Virus record (IMG/VR): IMGVR_UViG_3300048598_000594
Location: 1 to 44,620 of that record
Length of the DNA stretch: 44,620 nt
From: a virus
Taxonomy: Duplodnaviria; Caudoviricetes
Strand: one strand, 5' to 3'
Positions 35,224 through 43,573 of the stretch are shown piece by piece (position 1 is the first letter of the stretch; every line of letters starts with the position of its first letter). The notes beneath the pieces are model-generated. The model had not been told where the DNA came from. It did no database searches and was given only the letters and a program-made list of their open reading frames with translations. A program made the translations under genes and the position numbers.

Positions 35224-36522
35224 ATGGCCATCCAAGTGCAGAACCGCCGCGGCACCGCCGCGGCAAACGCGGCTTTTATTGGCGCAGTTGGCGAGCTTAT
35301 CTGGCTCATCGACGAGAAGCGTTGGGTTGGGCACGATGGCTCCACCGCCGGCGGCGTCAAGATGGCGCGCCTCGACGAGGTCAGCGAGGACACCTATCGC
35401 GAGGTCGGCAATGCCAACGTCACAATTCAGGTGACTGATGGCCGTGTCGCGCTGAATGCCAGCCTGACCGCTCCTCGCACCGCGACGCTGCCGGCGGCGA
35501 ACGCAGTGCCGGCCGGCAAGACCTTCCGCATCGGCGACAAATTCGGCGGCATCAACGGTGCCAATGTCCTCAATCTGACGCCTGCGGGCAGTGACACGAT
35601 CAATGGAACCGGCGTGGCTTTCCCGCTGGCGACGCCGCGCGGTGGCTGGGAAGTGACCAGCGACGGCGACGCCAAATGGATGGTGAAGCTGACGGCGGCT
35701 TCCACGGTCGTGGTCGCGCCGATCTCCGGCCTGTCGGCCACGACGGCGCAGGGCGCGCTGGAAGCCCTGGCGGCGCGCGGGCTCGGGCCGCGCCATCTCT
35801 CCGGGCTGGGGCTGGCGAACAATGCCAGCGACGCCACCAACGATATCGACGTTGCGCCGGGTGCGGCGCGCGACGATGCCGACACCGGCGATCTCGTGCT
35901 GGCGGCGACGGTGGTCAAGCAGATCGACGTCGCCTTCGCCGAATACGTGGCGCCCGGGACACCGTCGGGCGGCCGCGACAGCACCGACAATCTGACCGGC
36001 GCAAAATGGTTCGACGTCTACGTCATCGGCGGTGCCGGCAAGAACGCGCAGCCCTTCTACACGACATCGGCGACACCGACGTTGCCGAGCGGCTTCACCC
36101 GCAAGCGCTTCATCGGCTCGGTGCTGTGGATGGGCTCGTTCCTTAAGGGCTTCGTGCAGTTCGGCAGCCGCTTCCTGTTCCTGGCGCCGCCGGCGCTCGA
36201 CATCGACGCGACGATCGGCGCCTCGGCAACCAACTACACGCTCGCCGTGCCGCGCAATCGCCGCGTCACGGCCCTGCTCAACCTCTATGTGTTCAACGGT
36301 AGTTCGGCGGCAGTCGTCTATGCCCGCGCGCCGGACCAGGCCGATGACGGCCCGTCCCAGACGGCGACGCCGATGCCGAGCATGGCGGCATCCACCGGCG
36401 CGATCGCTTCCGGACAGGTGCAGGTGCTCACCAACACCTCGGGACAGGTCACGCTGCGGGCGCAGAACGCCAGCACGCTGGTCCGGGCCTCGACCATCGG
36501 CTGGATCGACCAGCTTCAGTAA
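35224..36522 (+). CDS. Receptor-binding protein with Mtd-type N-terminal domain
   Basis: QVQNRRGT..FIGAVGEL..HDGSTAGG; LANNASDATNDIDVAPGAA; LPSGFT..RFIGS. Confidence 0.8.
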   Translation: MAIQVQNRRGTAAANAAFIGAVGELIWLIDEKRWVGHDGSTAGGVKMARLDEVSEDTYREVGNANVTIQVTDGRVALNASLTAPRTATLPAANAVPAGKTFRIGDKFGGINGANVLNLTPAGSDTINGTGVAFPLATPRGGWEVTSDGDAKWMVKLTAASTVVVAPISGLSATTAQGALEALAARGLGPRHLSGLGLANNASDATNDIDVAPGAARDDADTGDLVLAATVVKQIDVAFAEYVAPGTPSGGRDSTDNLTGAKWFDVYVIGGAGKNAQPFYTTSATPTLPSGFTRKRFIGSVLWMGSFLKGFVQFGSRFLFLAPPALDIDATIGASATNYTLAVPRNRRVTALLNLYVFNGSSAAVVYARAPDQADDGPSQTATPMPSMAASTGAIASGQVQVLTNTSGQVTLRAQNASTLVRASTIGWIDQLQ

Positions 36523-36540
36523 ATCCAGGAGATCATCGTC

Positions 36541-38028
36541 ATGAACTGGTCAACCTCGCTGCGCGGGGCCGCTTCGCTGCGCCTTGCCGCCACCGTGACG
36601 CTCGGCGCCGATCGCGGCCAGCCGCTCGGCACCGTCCTGCAGCTGCGCCGCGGCGGCGAGCCTGTCATCGGGCTCGGCTTCCCGCAGGTGATGAACCATT
36701 TCACCCGCGCCAATCCGCGCATGCTCGCCGGCTTCGCCCGCTCCGATGCGCCGCTGACACACACCGCGACGGTGCTCGGCTCGGCGACGAAGGTGCGCTA
36801 TCGCACCGCGGTCTTCGACGGCGACCTGACCGACCTTTCGAACCTCGAGCGCTTCGATGAGGCCAGCGGCGAATGGCTGCCGCTGCCGGCCGACTGGGCC
36901 GGGCTCTCGCTCCGCCCGGGCGAGCATCTCTATTCGATCCAGCGGATCGGCCCGGCCGTGCTCGCGGTTTCGACCGAGCGGGTGATCTGCGACGGCGCCA
37001 CCATCTACGAGATGAACACGCTCCCTTGGGGCGCCTGCGCCTTCTGGCACGATGGCTGGTTGCATGTCTGCTGCCCCTTCTATGGCGAGATCAGGTCCTT
37101 CGTCTGGTCGCCGGGATCTGGGCCGGTCGGCGTGCCGGCGCTGACCTACGCGCTCGGGCCGCACTATGGCCGCGCCTTCGGCGTGCTCGGCGGCAAGGTT
37201 CTGATGGCGACGCATGCCGGCGGCCTGCACCGTTTCGACGGCGTGGCATGGGATGCGGTGCAGTGGTCATTCCCCGGCGAGTTCTATGCCCTCGCGCAGG
37301 TCGGCGAGACGCTGCGCCTCGGCGATTACGGCACCGGCGACCAATGGCTCTACGATCCAGCCCTGGCGCCGGTCCTGCAGAAGCTCGGCGGCAACCCGCC
37401 GGCCGAGCCCGGCGCGCAGAAAGCCTCCGGCCGCGAGATCCAGAGCTTCGCCCTGCATGGCGGTGCGCTTTATCACGGCGTCTACCCCTGGGGCGCGGTG
37501 CACTGGCGCGACCTCTTGAACTGGACCTGGGGCCATCAGCGGCTGTTCTCCGGCCCGCCGATCGATGCGGCGCTCGGCGCCTTCACGGCCGATCTGACGG
37601 CGCAGGGCGTCGACCCCGGCGTCTTCCCCGGCATCTCGCGCTGGTGCCAGCGTATCACGGCGCTGACGGCGTGGCGCGGCGGCATCGTCGCCTCCTGCAC
37701 CAACATGTCGGGCGATCTTGTGCTGCCTACGCCGGCTCAGACCGCGATGCTCGGCAGCCTGCATGGCGAATATGGCCGCACCATCCTGCTGCAGGGGCCG
37801 CCCGCCTGCGCCGGTGAGATCGCATGGCGCGACGTGCCGACCGAGCTCGCGCTCGAGGTCGACGCCGGCCATGTGCGCTTGCTTCAGGACGGCGTGCCGA
37901 TCAGTGAGGGGCCGGGCCTCGCTCTGGCGGAGCTCGCCGCCGGCGATCTGACGCTCGATGTCGGGAAAGGTCAGTTCGGCCAGTTCGGCGGCGCGGCGAT
38001 GCGCGGCTACTCAGTCAGCTCGGAATGA
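36541..38028 (+). CDS. Hypothetical 495-aa protein, probable beta-propeller
   Basis: AGGAG RBS; repeated short beta-blade-like motifs (FDGVAW, HGGALYHGVYPWG). Confidence 0.75.
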   Translation: MNWSTSLRGAASLRLAATVTLGADRGQPLGTVLQLRRGGEPVIGLGFPQVMNHFTRANPRMLAGFARSDAPLTHTATVLGSATKVRYRTAVFDGDLTDLSNLERFDEASGEWLPLPADWAGLSLRPGEHLYSIQRIGPAVLAVSTERVICDGATIYEMNTLPWGACAFWHDGWLHVCCPFYGEIRSFVWSPGSGPVGVPALTYALGPHYGRAFGVLGGKVLMATHAGGLHRFDGVAWDAVQWSFPGEFYALAQVGETLRLGDYGTGDQWLYDPALAPVLQKLGGNPPAEPGAQKASGREIQSFALHGGALYHGVYPWGAVHWRDLLNWTWGHQRLFSGPPIDAALGAFTADLTAQGVDPGVFPGISRWCQRITALTAWRGGIVASCTNMSGDLVLPTPAQTAMLGSLHGEYGRTILLQGPPACAGEIAWRDVPTELALEVDAGHVRLLQDGVPISEGPGLALAELAAGDLTLDVGKGQFGQFGGAAMRGYSVSSE

Positions 38029-38236
38029 GATCGAGGGCGGCGAGGAAGGCATATCCTCCGCCGACCAGCATCGCGCGGCGCAGCCAGCGCCAGAGCCAGC
38101 TCGCCCGCAGCTTCGCCAGCAAGAGCGGCAGGGTATCCTTGATCTCGAGCAGGGCGCCCCACAGCAGGCTCGCAGCGATGATCGCCAGCTCGAGCTTGCT
38201 CGCAGGCATCCGGCGAAAGGCGAACCGCGTTGACAT
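38015..38236 (-). CDS. 73-aa hydrophobic/basic protein downstream of structured RNA
   Basis: GAGGGG RBS 6 nt before ATG; two hydrophobic segments. Confidence 0.6.
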   Translation of the reverse strand: MSTRFAFRRMPASKLELAIIAASLLWGALLEIKDTLPLLLAKLRASWLWRWLRRAMLVGGGYAFLAALDLIPS

Positions 38237-38251
38237 ACCCGTCCCCTCGAC

Positions 38252-38362
38252 TGGTGCCGGGGAGTTAGGAACTCGTCCGAAGAAGAGCGCCGTCGCCTTT
38301 AGGGGTTGCCCCCATTGGACATGACCGCGCCTTTCGGCACGGGACGACGGCCTCCCCGACAT
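38252..38362 (-). ncRNA. tRNA-like structured RNA, C4/CI-type antisense RNA candidate
   Basis: Closing stem TGTCGGGGAG/CTCCCCGGCA + 3' CCA; inner stem GCCGTCGTC/GGCGACGGC; GAAA and GCAA tetraloop hairpins; complementary to upstream 38401-38418. Confidence 0.7.
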
Positions 38363-38515
38363 AGAGACGGGAAGTGCAGTTCTACGGTCGCACTAGACCG
38401 CTTCAGACGGGGTTCCTACGCCCCAGGCCACCTACGGCGACCCGCGCGGACCTTAACCCACGCCTCGCTCCTTTGCCAGCCGCCGCCGGCGGCGCTTTCA
38501 GATCCGGAGAATGCC

Positions 38516-39367
38516 ATGACTGCGCAGAATTTCGCGCCGGCGCTGGCGCGCGCCCTCGTCCATGAAGGCGGCTACGCCAATCATCCGAAAGACCCGGGTG
38601 GCGCGACGATGAAGGGCGTGACGCAGCGCGTCTACGACGCCTATCGCGTTCGTCGCGGCGAGCCGCGCCGTTCTGTCCGGCTGATCGACGATGCCGAGCT
38701 GAAGGCGATCTACCGCCGCCAGTATTGGGACGTGGTGAAGGCCGACAGCCTGCCGGCCGGCGTCGACTACGCGGTCTTCGACGGGGCGGTGAACTCCGGC
38801 CCGGCGCAGGCGGTGAAGTGGCTGCAGCGCGCGCTCGGTTCGATCAAGGTCGATGGCGTCGTCGGCGAGGCCACGCTCGCCGCGGTCGAGGCCTATCCTG
38901 ATCACGACCGGCTGATCGCGCTGATGCTCGCCCGGCGTCTCGCCTTCCTCGAGGCGCTGCGGACCTGGTCGACCTTCGGGCGCGGCTGGAGCGCACGCGT
39001 CGCGCAGGTCCGGCAGATCGGCCAGGCCTGGGCGAGCGGCTCGGTCGGCCCGGTGCCGGCCTTCGCCGCCGGCGGCAATGCCAAGGCGACCATCGACCAG
39101 GCGAAGGCGCTGCCGGCCAAGGGCGGCGCCGACGCGACCACGGGCGCCGGCATCGGCTCAACCGGGCTCGGCGGCGTGCTCGAGCAGGCGCGCCAGCAGC
39201 TCGACCCGCTGGCCGCGAGCTCGGAGCTGATCGGCCACGTCGTCGCGGCGCTGGTGGTGACCGGCGTGCTGCTGACCGTCGGCGGTGTCGCCTATCGCTG
39301 GCTGGCCGCCCGCCGCGCCCGCTCGCTGGCCGATGCGCTCGACCTGCCGCAGGGCGTCGCGGCATGA
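38516..39367 (+). CDS. Endolysin, GH108 family with PG-binding domain and C-terminal TM segment
   Basis: HEGGYANHPKDPGGATMKGVT, FDGAVNSG, LQRALG..DGVVG..TL, FGRGW. Confidence 0.93.
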   Translation: MTAQNFAPALARALVHEGGYANHPKDPGGATMKGVTQRVYDAYRVRRGEPRRSVRLIDDAELKAIYRRQYWDVVKADSLPAGVDYAVFDGAVNSGPAQAVKWLQRALGSIKVDGVVGEATLAAVEAYPDHDRLIALMLARRLAFLEALRTWSTFGRGWSARVAQVRQIGQAWASGSVGPVPAFAAGGNAKATIDQAKALPAKGGADATTGAGIGSTGLGGVLEQARQQLDPLAASSELIGHVVAALVVTGVLLTVGGVAYRWLAARRARSLADALDLPQGVAA

Positions 39368-39609
39368 GCGCGCTGCTGGCGGGCATGCGTCTCGTCGCCG
39401 GGGCTCTGCCCTGGCAGGCCTGGGCCTTGGCCGCGCTCATCATCGGCGGTGGCCTCTATGGCTGCCACGAATTCCGCCGCGGCGAGCGCGCTGCGGCGAT
39501 CGGTCAGGAACGCAAGCAACAGGAGGCGGCCGATGCGGCGCGCAAGGAAGTGGATCGCCTGCGCGGTGGCGCTGACCGCAGCCGGGTGCAGCAGTTCGAC
39601 CGTGATTGA
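39364..39609 (+). CDS. Putative i-spanin (Rz-like)
   Basis: N-terminal TM, short periplasmic coiled coil. Confidence 0.7.
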   Translation: MSALLAGMRLVAGALPWQAWALAALIIGGGLYGCHEFRRGERAAAIGQERKQQEAADAARKEVDRLRGGADRSRVQQFDRD

Positions 39610-39727
39610 CGGCTGCCGGATCTTCTCGGCGATCCATGGCTCGTCGCGCGATACGCCCGAGACGCGGGCGCAGGTCGACCAGCACAATGCCAGGGGCGTC
39701 GGCGCCTGCGGCTGGAGGGCGCGTTGA
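39533..39727 (+). CDS. Putative o-spanin lipoprotein (Rz1-like)
   Basis: AGGAGG RBS; MRRARKWIACAVALTAAG|C lipobox; overlaps i-spanin; DTPET..HNA..C. Confidence 0.78.
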   Translation: MRRARKWIACAVALTAAGCSSSTVIDGCRIFSAIHGSSRDTPETRAQVDQHNARGVGACGWRAR

Positions 39728-40260
39728 TGGCGGATCTGACCGACCAGCAATGGCGCAACAATGTCGAGACCGAGATCGTCCTGCTCAAGGCCGGGATGAC
39801 CGAGGTCAAGACAGATATCGCTGCATTCCGTGACGAATGGCGGACCAAGGCCGAGGAGGACAGGAAGGCGCATCGCTCCTCGCGCATGACCTTCCCGCAG
39901 CTGGTCGCGACGCTGGCCACCACCGTGACGATGACGGCCGTGCTGCTCGGCGGTCTGATGTACCTGATCAATATCTCGACCGCCTCGGTCCGCTCGGACC
40001 TGACCAGTCAGGTCGCGTCGTCCAAGCAGTCGGCCGAAGCTGCCACCGCGCAGGTCGGCCTTGCGGTGCGCGGCCAGGGCGACGCCGTGACGGCCCTCAA
40101 CGCATCGTTCCAGCAGATGCAGCGCGAGCAGGCGGCCGTCGCGAACACCCGTTTCATCGATCAGGCGCAGGGCTTCGACGCGCTGATAGCGCGCCATGAC
40201 GAGCGGTTGAAGGCTGCCGAGCAGCTGGTCCGGGAGATCGCCGCCCGCCGCCAGCCTTGA
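39727..40260 (+). CDS. Single-TM coiled-coil protein (holin/antiholin candidate)
   Basis: One TM LVATLATTVTMTAVLLGGLMYLI flanked by coiled coils; in lysis cassette. Confidence 0.55.
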   Translation: MADLTDQQWRNNVETEIVLLKAGMTEVKTDIAAFRDEWRTKAEEDRKAHRSSRMTFPQLVATLATTVTMTAVLLGGLMYLINISTASVRSDLTSQVASSKQSAEAATAQVGLAVRGQGDAVTALNASFQQMQREQAAVANTRFIDQAQGFDALIARHDERLKAAEQLVREIAARRQP

Positions 40261-40315
40261 GGGAGCGGCCCCACCGATCCGCGCCGGCGGTTTCCGGCAT
40301 CAGAAGGAGAAGACC

Positions 40316-40564
40316 ATGAACGTCCGCGCCAAGTTCTACGTGACCGCGGTCACCCATTTCCACAACGGATCGCCCGGTTCCGACCAGGCTGGGGAGGTCA
40401 AGCTCGCGCCGGTCTATGCCGGCAAGGATGGCAACCCGGCCAATAGCGACTGGTCGAGGCACACACCGAACGGCGAGATCAAGATGACAATCACCAACCC
40501 GAAGGCGCTGGAAGCTTTCGCCCCCGGTCAAAGCTTCTTCGTCGATTTCACGCCGGCGGAATAG
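40316..40564 (+). CDS. Small phage protein of unknown function
   Basis: AGGA RBS; VRAKF..N..WS..TP.GEI.MTI.NP.A..F..G..F.VDF pattern recognised from phage genomes. Confidence 0.8.
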   Translation: MNVRAKFYVTAVTHFHNGSPGSDQAGEVKLAPVYAGKDGNPANSDWSRHTPNGEIKMTITNPKALEAFAPGQSFFVDFTPAE

Positions 40565-40612
40565 CCGGCGGTCCGCCATCGCCTCGGCGATCGCCTGGCC
40601 CTCGCAAGGGGC

Positions 40613-40680
40613 TGCCCTCCTTGGGCGTTTCCTCCCTCAACTGGCCCCGTCAGCTTCGGCTGGCGGGGCCTTTTTCGTTT
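40613..40680 (+). ncRNA. suhB/MmgR (alpha-r8)-like small RNA with intrinsic terminator
   Basis: GCCCTCCTTGGGCGTTTCCTCCCT..ACT then GGCCCCGTCAGC-TTCG-GCTGGCGGGGCC-TTTTT. Confidence 0.8.
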
Positions 40681-40695
40681 AGGGGCAGATCGGCG

Positions 40696-41217
40696 TCACC
40701 TCCGCGACGAAGGCCACATCTCCCGGTCCCGCTCGGCGAGGTCAACCGCAACCCGCTGGCGCAGCGGCCTCGGCATGTCCTTGAACCGCGCCAGCGCTTC
40801 CACCAGAAGCGACAGCCGGGCCTCCTCGACGGTCCCCTCCAGGCAACCCGCGAGCGCCTCGATCTGAACGGGCGCGGCCTGCATCTCATCCTCGTAGATG
40901 AACATGCGCGTCGGCACGCCAAGCTGCTCACGGCGCTGGCGCTCCAGCACGCCGTCATATTCGAGTTCGGCGAGATAGTCGGGAAACCGCTCCCGGAGCG
41001 TCGCCTTCGCCTCGTCCAGCGTTTCGCTCCGGCCGGCGTAATCCGGGCGATGGCGGTACTGGAAGGCCCCCAAGGACCACCCCCACGAAGGCGTTCCAGC
41101 CGGGAGGTGCTTGTCCTTGCCGATACGCCCGATCGTGGCGTCATTCTCGTTCAGCACGATAAAGTCGTCGGGCGCGTCGGGAGCGACCTGGCGGAGGCGG
41201 AGAACGACGGGCATCAT
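40696..41217 (-). CDS. Hypothetical protein
   Basis: ATGA coupling to upstream gene; DDFIV..IGRI..WGWS..LDEAK pattern. Confidence 0.7.
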   Translation of the reverse strand: MMPVVLRLRQVAPDAPDDFIVLNENDATIGRIGKDKHLPAGTPSWGWSLGAFQYRHRPDYAGRSETLDEAKATLRERFPDYLAELEYDGVLERQRREQLGVPTRMFIYEDEMQAAPVQIEALAGCLEGTVEEARLSLLVEALARFKDMPRPLRQRVAVDLAERDREMWPSSRR

Positions 41218-41468
41218 GCGGCCCTGATCTGCTCTTCGAATTCCTCCGGAATCTCGCCGTGCCGGGCGAGGACATCGATCGAGGCGACTTCACCGGTCTC
41301 GTCGTCGGCGACGACGTGCACTACGGCTACGCCTTCGGCGGTTCGCGCCAGGCGCTCGCCATCCTGCAGTGCGTGGTGCTTCGTCTTCGCCGGCACGCGC
41401 TGGCCGGGTACGAGACGCTTCCGGTGGGTCTTGAACGGTTGAAGGAAGAAGGCGTCGACGTTGGCCAT
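41214..41468 (-). CDS. Small hypothetical protein, putatively SOS-regulated
   Basis: GGGAG RBS; FFLQPF..RLVPG..VLARHGEIP. Confidence 0.75.
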   Translation of the reverse strand: MANVDAFFLQPFKTHRKRLVPGQRVPAKTKHHALQDGERLARTAEGVAVVHVVADDETGEVASIDVLARHGEIPEEFEEQIRAA

Positions 41469-41493
41469 GGCTTGACTCCCTGACGAAGAATTT

Positions 41494-41508
41494 GTTCTCT
41501 TTGCGTTC
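41494..41508. promoter_or_regulatory. Alphaproteobacterial LexA (SOS) box
   Basis: GTTC-TCTTTGC-GTTC between divergent genes. Confidence 0.8.
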
Positions 41509-41529
41509 TCATATGCGAGAGCGAGAACG

Positions 41530-41751
41530 ATGTCATCAGCCGAGCCGCAGGCGGCGCCGGAGCGCGACGAATTGGAATGGGAGATCGTCGAGCTCGTCGC
41601 TGAGCACGGCAGCGAGCGCGCGGCTTTGCGGGCGCTCCTGCACGACTTCCATGTGCTGCTTACCGACGCCGACCGGTCCTCCTCGCGTGGTTTCCTGCGC
41701 GGCCTGTTCTCGGCGGGCGCAAGGCCGGTGGCGGGCGATGACGAGCCTTGA
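41530..41751 (+). CDS. Small helical protein
   Basis: First gene after SOS box; HGSERAALRALL..SRGFLRG. Confidence 0.7.
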   Translation: MSSAEPQAAPERDELEWEIVELVAEHGSERAALRALLHDFHVLLTDADRSSSRGFLRGLFSAGARPVAGDDEP

Positions 41752-42130
41752 CCAGACACCGCACCCGGAGACGACGCTCGAGCATTATCCGTGGGTCATC
41801 GTCCGTTTTCGTTGCACGCGATGCCTCCGCCATGGCGATGCTCGGCTGGCGCGGCTCGCGGAAAAGTTCGGCGCCATGGAGACGATCGCCGCGCTGGTCA
41901 GCCGGTTTCACGCAACCTGCCCGCATCGTCCGGCAAAGCGTAACGGCCGCCCTATGAGCCGCGACCAGCCCTGTGGCGGTTACTGCCCGGATCTCGGGGC
42001 AACCATCCCGCCCGATCTTCCGCCCGGTCTGTCAGGGTTGACCTTGATCGAGGGCGGCAGGGGCGACATGCTGCCGGTCGAGCCGATGGCGCCACAGCGG
42101 CGCCGGCGCGTCGGGGGCGAGGATGTGTAA
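41738..42130 (+). CDS. Putative zinc-binding protein
   Basis: CTRC..G..RLAEKFG..CP..C; overlaps neighbours. Confidence 0.7.
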   Translation: MTSLDQTPHPETTLEHYPWVIVRFRCTRCLRHGDARLARLAEKFGAMETIAALVSRFHATCPHRPAKRNGRPMSRDQPCGGYCPDLGATIPPDLPPGLSGLTLIEGGRGDMLPVEPMAPQRRRRVGGEDV

Positions 42131-42812
42131 TCGCTACAGCCATATGCGCTCGGTCGACGCCATCCGGAAGCTCTACGGCGGTTTCAGCGACGGCGGAACG
42201 AACCTGGCGCCGCAGTCCGGCATCTTCCCCGATTACGAGGCGCCGGTCATCCGCAATGAGCCGGGCGGCGCGCGGCTCGCCATGACGCGATGGGGCATGC
42301 CCTCGCCCGCCTTCGCCCTCGAGGGCCGCAAGACCGACCCGGGCATCACGAATGTGCGCAATACCAAAAGCCCGCATTGGAAGCGCTGGTTGGGCGTCGA
42401 GAACCGCTGCCTCGTGCCGTTCACCAGCTTCAGCGAGTTCAACAAGGCCGCCGGAGGCGACATCTGGTTCGCCCTCGACGAAGAGCGGCCAACCGCGTTC
42501 TTCGCCGGGATCTGGACGCCGAAATGGAAAAGCGTCCGCAAGCTGAAAGAGGGCGAGGTCGAGGCCGATCTCTATGCCTTCCTGACGACCGACCCGAATG
42601 CCGAGGTGAAGGCGATCCACCCCAAGGCGATGCCGGTCATCCTGACGACGCCGGAGCAGTGCCAGACCTGGATGACCGCGCCCTGGGCGGTGGCCAGCTA
42701 TCTGCAGCGGCCGCTACCCGATGACAGCCTGAAGATCGTGGCGAGGGGCGTGCCGAAGGACGGGCCAGCGGCGCTGATGTCCGAAGGCGGCACGCTGGTC
42801 GGCGGCGGGTAG
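42123..42812 (+). CDS. SOS response-associated peptidase (SRAP/YedK/HMCES family)
   Basis: N-terminal MCN, RWGMP, TNVRN, RCLVP..FSE, FFAGIW, IHPKAMPVIL. Confidence 0.94.
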   Translation: MCNRYSHMRSVDAIRKLYGGFSDGGTNLAPQSGIFPDYEAPVIRNEPGGARLAMTRWGMPSPAFALEGRKTDPGITNVRNTKSPHWKRWLGVENRCLVPFTSFSEFNKAAGGDIWFALDEERPTAFFAGIWTPKWKSVRKLKEGEVEADLYAFLTTDPNAEVKAIHPKAMPVILTTPEQCQTWMTAPWAVASYLQRPLPDDSLKIVARGVPKDGPAALMSEGGTLVGGG

Positions 42813-42928
42813 CTCAAGCTGCCGGCGTGCCGGCGGGAGCCTGCTGCCCAAGTTGGCGTTACAGCCCTGCCCTACTGGCGACCGCGCGATAGCTGAACCT
42901 GATTTGTTCTGCGTGGGGGGTGAGTAAG

Positions 42929-42948
42929 AGTCCCTCTCCCGCTACCAC
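42929..42948 (+). repeat. att core, right copy (displaced tRNA 3' end)
   Basis: Identical to 26-45. Confidence 0.93.
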
Positions 42949-43317
42949 TACTTTCCGTAGTGAAATCAAGAACGTTGACCGGATCACGCCTGAGAACAGA
43001 GCGTGATTTGGTGCTGTCTCCGCTCGCAGCGCGTTTCATTTGATTTCAACGACTTACAAGGGGGCGGCGGCACCTCCACGCAACATCGCCGCAAGACAAT
43101 CTCCCATCCCTTCCCCTGAGCCGATCGATCAGGCCCGATTTCGACACAAGCCGATTGCCGCTTTGGGCGCCGCTCGGCTTCGCCGGCGCTATGGAGAAGC
43201 AGTGACTCGAGCTGTACCGCGGCGGGCAGATTGATGCGGAAACGCTGATGCCCCGCAAGCTGGCGAGGGCAGGCTGATGGCGTCTGATCAGGTTTATGAC
43301 GCGGTGCGCGGCCAGCC

Positions 43318-43471
43318 TATCGGCGCCGCAACATCATCGAGCGCATGTTCGGAAAGCTCAAAAACTGGAAGCGCATCGCAACGCGTTACGACCGCCTCGC
43401 CGCCAATTACCTCGCGGCAATCGCGCTCGTTGCTCTTGCAACTCAGTGGCTCAAATGAGTCCCCTACCTAG
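43318..43471 (+). pseudogene. IS5-family transposase C-terminal remnant with right end
   Basis: YRRRNIIERMFGKLKNWKRIATRYDRLAANY..WLK* (stop 43456-43458) followed by GTCCCCTACCTAG; no N-terminal part. Confidence 0.85.
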
Positions 43472-43509
43472 CGTGATAGGAAGTGCGTCGGCGGAGGCGG
43501 AGCAGCGCG

Positions 43510-43538
43510 TTGACGTTTCGATAATTGCTGTATACAGC
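43510..43538 (+). promoter_or_regulatory. Host promoter with palindromic operator
   Basis: TTGACG 43510-43515; GCTGTATACAGC 43527-43538 (GntR-family-like). Confidence 0.45.
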
Positions 43539-43573
43539 TAGGCAGATATGCACAATAATGAGGGGCCATCGAT

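Larger units (their letters stand above)
26..42948. mobile_element. Complete-looking temperate siphovirus prophage (~42.9 kb)
   Basis: Terminal 20-bp direct repeats; integrase, immunity, replication, head, tail and lysis modules in lambdoid order. Confidence 0.95.

Noticed and set aside
38237-38362. 42-codon N-terminal extension of the minus-strand ORF (115-aa version)
   Set aside because: Coincides with the structured RNA; the good RBS is at the ATG at 38236.
35224-38500. Diversity-generating retroelement suggested by the Mtd-like domain
   Set aside because: No reverse transcriptase or Avd ORF and no TR/VR repeat pair seen.
42895-42909. GAAC-N7-GTTC as a second SOS box
   Set aside because: Inverted rather than direct-repeat geometry, and no gene start positioned for control.
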